Program-made: the position numbers and the translations under genes
The notes under the pieces: model-generated
The model's input: the letters and a program-made list of their open reading frames with translations, nothing else
Database searches by the model: none
Told to the model about the DNA's origin: nothing
NCBI GenBank assembly: GCA_001949185.1
Contig: BDGG01000010.1
Span: 687,233-751,232, forward strand
DNA from: Ramazzottius varieornatus
Lineage: Eukaryota; Animalia; Tardigrada
Reading direction: 5' to 3'
Length of the DNA: 64,000 nucleotides
Shown: positions 57,172-64,000 of the stretch, one piece after another
Layout of the letters: each line of letters starts with the position of its first letter
How positions within the stretch are numbered: the first letter of the stretch is position 1

Positions 57172-58815
57172 ATGGCTTCGTTCAATTCCCTCTCCATTGT
57201 ACTTTGCGTTAGCTTCTTTCTCCAGGCTGTGTCTTCCAAACTCTACTCGGAGCCCTACCGTCCGCAGTTCCACTTCTCCCCAAAAGCAAACTGGATGAAC
57301 GATCCGAACGGATTGGTCTTCCACAATGGCACCTACCACATGTTCTTCCAGCATAACCCCACCGGCATAGGCTTCGGACCTATGCACTGGGGACACGCGA
57401 CAAGTCAAGACCTCGTCCACTGGGAGGAGCAGCCTCTTGCGCTCTTCCCAGACCCGCTCGGTCATATCTTCTCCGGCAGCGCTGTCGTCGACATCAACAA
57501 CACCTCGGGCCTCGCTCCTGCCGGCCTGACGGCTATTATAGCCATATATACCAGTCATAATCCCGAATTTGCAGCACAAAATCGTACGGACGTCGAACGT
57601 CAGAGTATTGCGTTCAGTGTCGACAATGGAAAAACCTTTGTAAAGTACGAAAAAAATCCCGTGCTGCCCAACCCCGGAATTCGAGACTTTCGCGATCCGA
57701 AAGTCTTCTGGTACGCTCTGCAAGAGAAATGGGTGATGGCTCTTGCGGCCCAGGACCGTATCCACTTTTACTCGTCGAAGAACTTGTTACAGTGGGAGAA
57801 AGAAAGTGAGTTTGGAGGACCTTCAATTGGAGCCCACGGTGGTGTATGGGAATGCCCCGATCTATTTCTGATCGAGCAGAAGGATATTTCGAAGTGGGTG
57901 TTGTTGGTCAGTATCAACCCCGGAGGACCCAACGGAGGTTCGGCTACACAGTACTTTACGGGTGCTTTTGATGGAAAGACGTTTACGGCCGACAGCAAAG
58001 ATATTAACTGGGTTGACTACGGTACCGACAACTATGCTGGTGTGACATGGTCAAATGTGGGAGATAGGCATTTGTTCTTGGGGTGGATGAGCAACTGGAA
58101 TTACGGGCAGTCGGTTCCGACTGAGCCTTGGCGAGGAGCTATGACGGTGCCTCGAGATCTGAGCTTGAAAGTGGCGAATGAAAATGCCTATTTAGTGTCT
58201 CAGCCCATTCCCGAGCTGAACTCGTTGATTGAAGCAGAACTGGTTTCGCTGAACGAGACGACAGTCAAGGGCGAACTGAAGCTTGTGGACACCAAGAGGG
58301 AGAACTCGACTGGCTTGCTGATGGTGAACTTTGAGCTCGCGGAGGTTGCCGAATGGTCGTTTGTGCTGGAGAACGATCTGGGCGAGCAGGTTGTTGTGGG
58401 CTATGAAGCGTCGAGCAGGCAATTGTACGTCGATCGGTCTTCTTCGGGAAAACTGGACTTTGAAATCCAATTTGCTGATAAAATGAAAGCGCCGCGAATT
58501 TCTCAAGATGGCAGTATGGATGTCACGTTGCTGATCGACGTTGCGTCGATTGAAATGTTTGCCGACGGCGGACTTACCTGCATGACTGCCATATTTTTTC
58601 CTCATAAACCTCTGAATTTGTTGAGTGTACGAAGTGGCGGTGTGGGAAGTTTGGTTTTGGGGAGTGTTCGCGTATGGAGCTTAAATTCTACAGTCTGGTC
58701 CGGTCAAGTTGATCCCGTGAGCTCAGGCCTCCGGCGCGCCCCCAGCACAACAAATAGTTTCTTCATTGTATTTTCATTGGGACTCCTATTCCTTTGCGTA
58801 TTAGGAGAGCTGTGA
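57172..58815 (+). CDS. Intronless GH32 beta-fructofuranosidase/levanase-like enzyme with signal peptide and putative GPI signal
   Basis: Catalytic motifs WMNDPNG, WGHATS.DLVHW, FSGSAVVD, FRDPKV, WECPDL; C-terminal beta-sandwich (SIEMFADGG); hydrophobic N- and C-termini. Confidence 0.95.
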   Translation: MASFNSLSIVLCVSFFLQAVSSKLYSEPYRPQFHFSPKANWMNDPNGLVFHNGTYHMFFQHNPTGIGFGPMHWGHATSQDLVHWEEQPLALFPDPLGHIFSGSAVVDINNTSGLAPAGLTAIIAIYTSHNPEFAAQNRTDVERQSIAFSVDNGKTFVKYEKNPVLPNPGIRDFRDPKVFWYALQEKWVMALAAQDRIHFYSSKNLLQWEKESEFGGPSIGAHGGVWECPDLFLIEQKDISKWVLLVSINPGGPNGGSATQYFTGAFDGKTFTADSKDINWVDYGTDNYAGVTWSNVGDRHLFLGWMSNWNYGQSVPTEPWRGAMTVPRDLSLKVANENAYLVSQPIPELNSLIEAELVSLNETTVKGELKLVDTKRENSTGLLMVNFELAEVAEWSFVLENDLGEQVVVGYEASSRQLYVDRSSSGKLDFEIQFADKMKAPRISQDGSMDVTLLIDVASIEMFADGGLTCMTAIFFPHKPLNLLSVRSGGVGSLVLGSVRVWSLNSTVWSGQVDPVSSGLRRAPSTTNSFFIVFSLGLLFLCVLGEL

Positions 58816-59073
58816 TTTTTGTACTATCCATGCCTGACAAATTCGAATTAATCGCGCAAAGGTCAAATTTTTGACTCCTGAGAGGAAGGGGATCGAGTCG
58901 TCCGGGCCAGACTGTGTTCGGCAATGCTGTAATTTTTGATAATTTTAGGCATCTGTGATTAAAACTGCAAGCGCAGATATCGTTGGACTCTTGCCGTATA
59001 CGCTGGGTAAACGTTAACGATGCTGATTCCGACTGGCGGAATCGCTTTCTCTGTTAGGTTTGGCTCTTCACTC

Positions 59074-60123
59074 CTAGGGAAGTCGCAGGAGGCCGGCGGT
59101 CAGTTTGCGTAGTTCGCTGTTGCCCAAGATAACCAGCAGTGGGTCGAAAATGGTGGTAATGCGTTGAAGAACTACCACGGTCTCAAATATTCTCTCGGGC
59201 ACTACGACATCGGCCATCATCACCACTGTCCAGTATACTTCATTGGGCGTTAGACAAACAACGACGCTGAGGGTCATCAAGGTTAATGTCACAAAGCCAG
59301 TTCGGCTTCCTTGAATGACTCTGCCGCATAGGCGAACTCTTTTATCGTTTGCTTTGGCGCTGGGATTTTCGGGATCGACGGTTGGTCCTTCTCTCGAAAT
59401 TGGCGTCACTTCTCGACGCTGAATACGGATGGAACGGTACGTCCCAGCTTCAGGTGCAACGCGCGCTTTTCGGTCGGCGAAGAAGGATCTGTAGCATACT
59501 AGAGGATAGCTGAGTATGACAATCAAAACGGGAATATCGTGCAGAAGAAGCTGCGACACCGGACTCCATGCGCCGATAGCAGTGGTATCCAACGTGCACT
59601 GCTGTACCGTAACATTGCCCACAGCGGCTGGGACGATAACGGTGGTAGCAATGGCCGTAGGAATGTATAAAATGTTGAGGATGGCCCAAGACGATGCGCA
59701 GAGCAGAAGGGCCAGTTTGGTATTATGGCGTGTACGGTATGAAAAGGGAAATGTAACGGCCCAGACTCGGTTTAGTACGATGAGGAGATGTGCGATGATG
59801 ATGATGTTCTCGAAGACCCAAGCCAGGTACCAGCGGAATACGCAGGCCGGATAACCGAAGGTCCATGTCGGAAAGTATTGTTCAAGTAGGGTGAGTGGCG
59901 AGTATATCACTGAGATGGTAAGATCAATGATGAGGATGTTGATCAGATATACACCAAAACTATTACGAAGAGAACTATAGCGAGCAAACGCAGATAGAAC
60001 GGCTAGGTTGAGAGTAGCTCCGATGACGAGGGAAAACAAGGAGACAATCGGGAAGAGAGTCCATGATCCTGAAACTTCATCGCAGGTGGTATTCGGCGTT
60101 GAAACGTTGAGAGTGTCAGGCAT
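59074..60123 (-). CDS. Intronless class A (rhodopsin-like) orphan GPCR
   Basis: Seven hydrophobic segments, N-terminal N-glycosylation sequons, TM1 LN, TM2 L..ID, WTFGYPAC, NRV at the DRY position, C.TP in TM6, DP in TM7. Confidence 0.85.
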   Translation of the reverse strand: MPDTLNVSTPNTTCDEVSGSWTLFPIVSLFSLVIGATLNLAVLSAFARYSSLRNSFGVYLINILIIDLTISVIYSPLTLLEQYFPTWTFGYPACVFRWYLAWVFENIIIIAHLLIVLNRVWAVTFPFSYRTRHNTKLALLLCASSWAILNILYIPTAIATTVIVPAAVGNVTVQQCTLDTTAIGAWSPVSQLLLHDIPVLIVILSYPLVCYRSFFADRKARVAPEAGTYRSIRIQRREVTPISREGPTVDPENPSAKANDKRVRLCGRVIQGSRTGFVTLTLMTLSVVVCLTPNEVYWTVVMMADVVVPERIFETVVVLQRITTIFDPLLVILGNSELRKLTAGLLRLP

Positions 60124-61183
60124 CTTCAAACTTCTGCGTTGGTACCTGGATGTGCAGTATCATGTTAATTAGCGTCGAAAAAGTTTGCCAGTTAAGTCGT
60201 TTTCGGTTGCACGTTTCTGTTGTGAAGTCGAAATCGTGTATTGTACGCAGAATCAATGAGTTATAACAATCGAACACGTGGAAAGTTGGTTCGCGATCTG
60301 TCGATTGCCGAACCAATTCAAGGTTATGATCGACTGAAAGCGCTAGACTATTCGACATGGATAGGAGATGGGCGTTTCCCAGGGTGAATAATCAACGTGG
60401 AAAACTGAGTGGAAAGGTCACACATCACATCGTAGATCCTTCCGACAAAATATTAGGGTACTATTTAAACATTAAGGTGGTGTAAGGTTGGCATTCTCAA
60501 ATGGATTCTTCCTCACGGTACGTGCACCTCGTGCATAACAGAATTGAAGTAGAAGAATGACAAAACACCAGGAATACGCGGCAAACCCGATTAGGGTAGA
60601 TTGAAGTGAAAAACGGTCCAATTCCATTTCAGTTTTAAGCACAATGAAAATTTCGATCCATACAGGTGAGATGTGTGGAATTTCATAGACTTAACGTACG
60701 CGTATCCTTCCAGACTGACTGTGTTACTTTAAAGTGCCAATGATGCGGGACAGGTTTGGATCCGGGTGCGTCTAAAATGACCGCGCGGATGGCAGGTGAA
60801 ATATCTGGTCAACGTGTCTATCGATCAGCTGATCGCAAAGACATGACACAGCCAAAACGGCACGTACCGTGGGGATTCTTTACGCGGACCCGGACCAATC
60901 TTGTCCTACTTCATGGGCAAAGTACTGCATGGTCACCAGCTCTCGAGCTCATGATCATAATCTTATTACCGTTATAGGAGTGAGTGTGGCGAACCGACTG
61001 CGCCGGAAATGATCGAGCAACAAAGCTAAGTGATCTGGTATTCCAGAGGTTGATACTCGCCTTGTTTAGTTTAGTAAGTCGGATTAGCACAGTGGTCAGC
61101 CAATCAGATCAGGCGATGAAGGCGGACCTGAACGCATTGCACCCACTATGCTATGCAAATTCCTGATGGGTGCTTAGCGCGTA

Positions 61184-61592
61184 ATGATGAGCATTACATT
61201 TTACATTACAATTACACTTTTACACGACGGAGAAGTTGAAATGTTAATGTAGAATGTGATTAAAACTTTTACCTGCCAGAATCTGCGGAATTTTTGAGTA
61301 TTTTGCCCCCAGAAATCTAAAATTCGGTGACATACGCGGAAAACTGTCAGAAACTTCCTGAGTATGGTCATTGTGCAACCGTATTTCTGTCTTTGTCTGA
61401 AGGACAATAACTAAGATCTATATTCTGTGCAAACATAGACATAGCTGGTTCGCCGTTTTCGTCGCACTTTGTCACTTTTACGCGTTACAAACCGCTCGGT
61501 CTGTAAAATGTAAACTAGTGTAAAATGTGATTACACTTTTACAATTACACTATTCTACATTACACGGACCATCTGCGTGTAATGCTCATCAT
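61184..61592. mobile_element. Approx. 410-bp MITE-like element with short TIRs and TTACA/TGTAA subrepeats
   Basis: taatgatgagcattaca (61182-61198) and its exact reverse complement (61578-61594), both including a terminal TA; arrays of ttaca/tgtaa inside. Confidence 0.65.
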
Positions 61593-63201
61593 TATCAGCG
61601 CGTACAGCCCACATGCTATCTGAATCCGTAAACTTTACCTGTCGTCAACTTTACGGCATCTTTTGATTTTTTCCAACTGGGAAGTTTCGAATTTCTACCT
61701 CACAGTCCCAGTCTCAGTGGAAAATTTTTTTTTACTTGTCACGATCGCTTCATCGACCTGGCCATAGTAGAGAACTCGTGCATGAAACACAGAACCATAG
61801 CTGACTAGAAAACCAACTCGGAATTCGACGCCGCGTTGAAAAAATGTTGCTAGCAGCTTTGGACACGATTCGTAAGCAGAATCCGAAAGACAAAAGCGCT
61901 TTCATTTCCGATGTAGTATATAGCGTCAAGACTTCAGCTGAAACTGCAGTTTCCAAAATACTCCAGTCTGTGATTAAGACTACAGTTAAACCTACCGTCG
62001 ATGTCAGGTCACTGGACGTGGAGCTACAGTTCACGGTGCCGTTAACTGTGGCTTTGAAAGAGCTGCTCGTCTATACGACTGTAGGTTTAACTGTAGCGTT
62101 GGCTATTTTCTTTATTTGCTATGAACTGTAGCTCTGTTTTCGCAGCCTTTTAGTAGTTCGACTTCACACACTCTGACTTTAACTGTAGCCTGTGTACAGA
62201 GCTTTAGCCGCCTCTTCCGCTGCTGGTTCGCGGCTGCCGTTGTACGTACGTTGCACTACGCTAATCCGAGCCTGGCATAACGGGTCGCAACCTTTGCATG
62301 TTCAGTGTAGCTGGTGGGCGGAGTCTGATTGTTGTGCTGATTCAAAACAGTAAACTAAACCAGGCAAGTATCAACCTCTCTATTATTACTCTTGGTTCTT
62401 GTGTAGAGTCACAATATGCATGATTTTTTCATCCATTATCAGCATGCATCTTGAGGATAAAAATCCATACGTGACGCCCATTAGACTTTTTTCGGCCCGG
62501 TTCCAGACAGAACCTTTCAGGAGTTCTGACATATTAATTGCATATTGCATTGTAGTTGAATATTGCACGCATATTTGGTGAAGGTATTAACGGTATTGCC
62601 TTGACAGAAAAAAAAGTTAGTGCGCTGGAAAGTCACTAGGAAATTGGATTGACAAGCTCACCATTAGCACATGCAAAAGAAAAGAACTGGTGGTCTGCGT
62701 ACTGAATCGGTTCTCACATGCGCCACCTGCAGTTCCGTCCGCAAGGGAACCGCCTGGTTCGACGCAGCACAGGTTAGTATCAACCCAGTCCGCTGTGACG
62801 TCAGAGTACAACGCCTCAAGACTACCTTAGGTAGCGTTGTTCTCTGACGGATTCGTGTTCGCCGACATTACTCTACGAAGGCTTTATAGCCAAATTGTGC
62901 GACTGTGGATCTTTACACCTTTATATTTTGGCCGAAAGGTACGAGGCGAACTGGATACACCGGGCACTACAGCTAGCGTCCCTTCCAAGTCAAGTCACTA
63001 AAGTAAGATCAACTTGAGTGTGAGTGTTAACCTTCTTAACGTAACCTGCTCGAGAAAAACGATTTTGCCTGCAAGTTATCGTTTTTGACACGGGCCTCTG
63101 GTCACGCTTTACATACTGAACTGACGGCAGCAACACGTTTTTGACTTTCGGTAACATGATTGCCGTCAAGATCGATTTAATGGCAACATTTTACCTTGTG
63201 A

Positions 63202-63925
<724 letters not shown>

Positions 63926-63939
63926 GAACGCGTCTCGTT

Positions 63940-64000
63940 TAGGTCGGGCGAGACCTGACCACGGTCACGCGACCCTGTGACCATGGTCGCGGGTCGCGTG
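63940..64000. repeat. Start of a GC-rich palindromic repeat that interrupts the GH32 pseudogene
   Basis: ggtcacgcgaccc..tgaccatggtcgcgggtcgcgtg is self-complementary; the repeat is cut by the window end. Confidence 0.45.

Noticed and set aside
61844-62131. 95-aa ORF with a hydrophobic tail
   Set aside because: Built from ctacagtt/aactgtag inverted subrepeats; probably repeat-derived rather than a gene.

Overview
Gene-dense metazoan genomic DNA with GT-AG introns, most of them about 50-100 bp. The compactness and gene content fit a small ecdysozoan such as a tardigrade (inference only). Features in order: degenerate Tc5/pogo-like DDE transposon with TIRs, ariadne terminal exon, SLC22 transporter (-), GNPTG (+), SNRNP40 (+), gamma-butyrobetaine-dioxygenase-like gene (-), Utx/KDM6 (+), TTC32 (+), ABHD1/2/3-like hydrolase (-), PHF10/SAYP (-), MITE cluster, MRPL53 (+), TFIP11 (+), frameshifted PLD6/Zucchini-like gene (+), Rabphilin (+), p38 MAPK (+), intronless GH32 (+), orphan GPCR (-) and a GH32 pseudogene. 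Main points of interest: (1) A bacterial-type NmrA/atypical-SDR gene is nested on the same strand inside the Utx intron that splits the JmjC domain, and it is preceded by a splice acceptor in frame with the Utx donor. (2) The GH32 fructosidase is bacterial-type and has acquired a signal peptide and a GPI-like tail; a decayed duplicate lies nearby. (3) A roughly 100-bp palindromic element occurs in at least 13 copies, almost all in introns. Exon boundaries were read by eye and family assignments come from recalled motifs; no searches were run.
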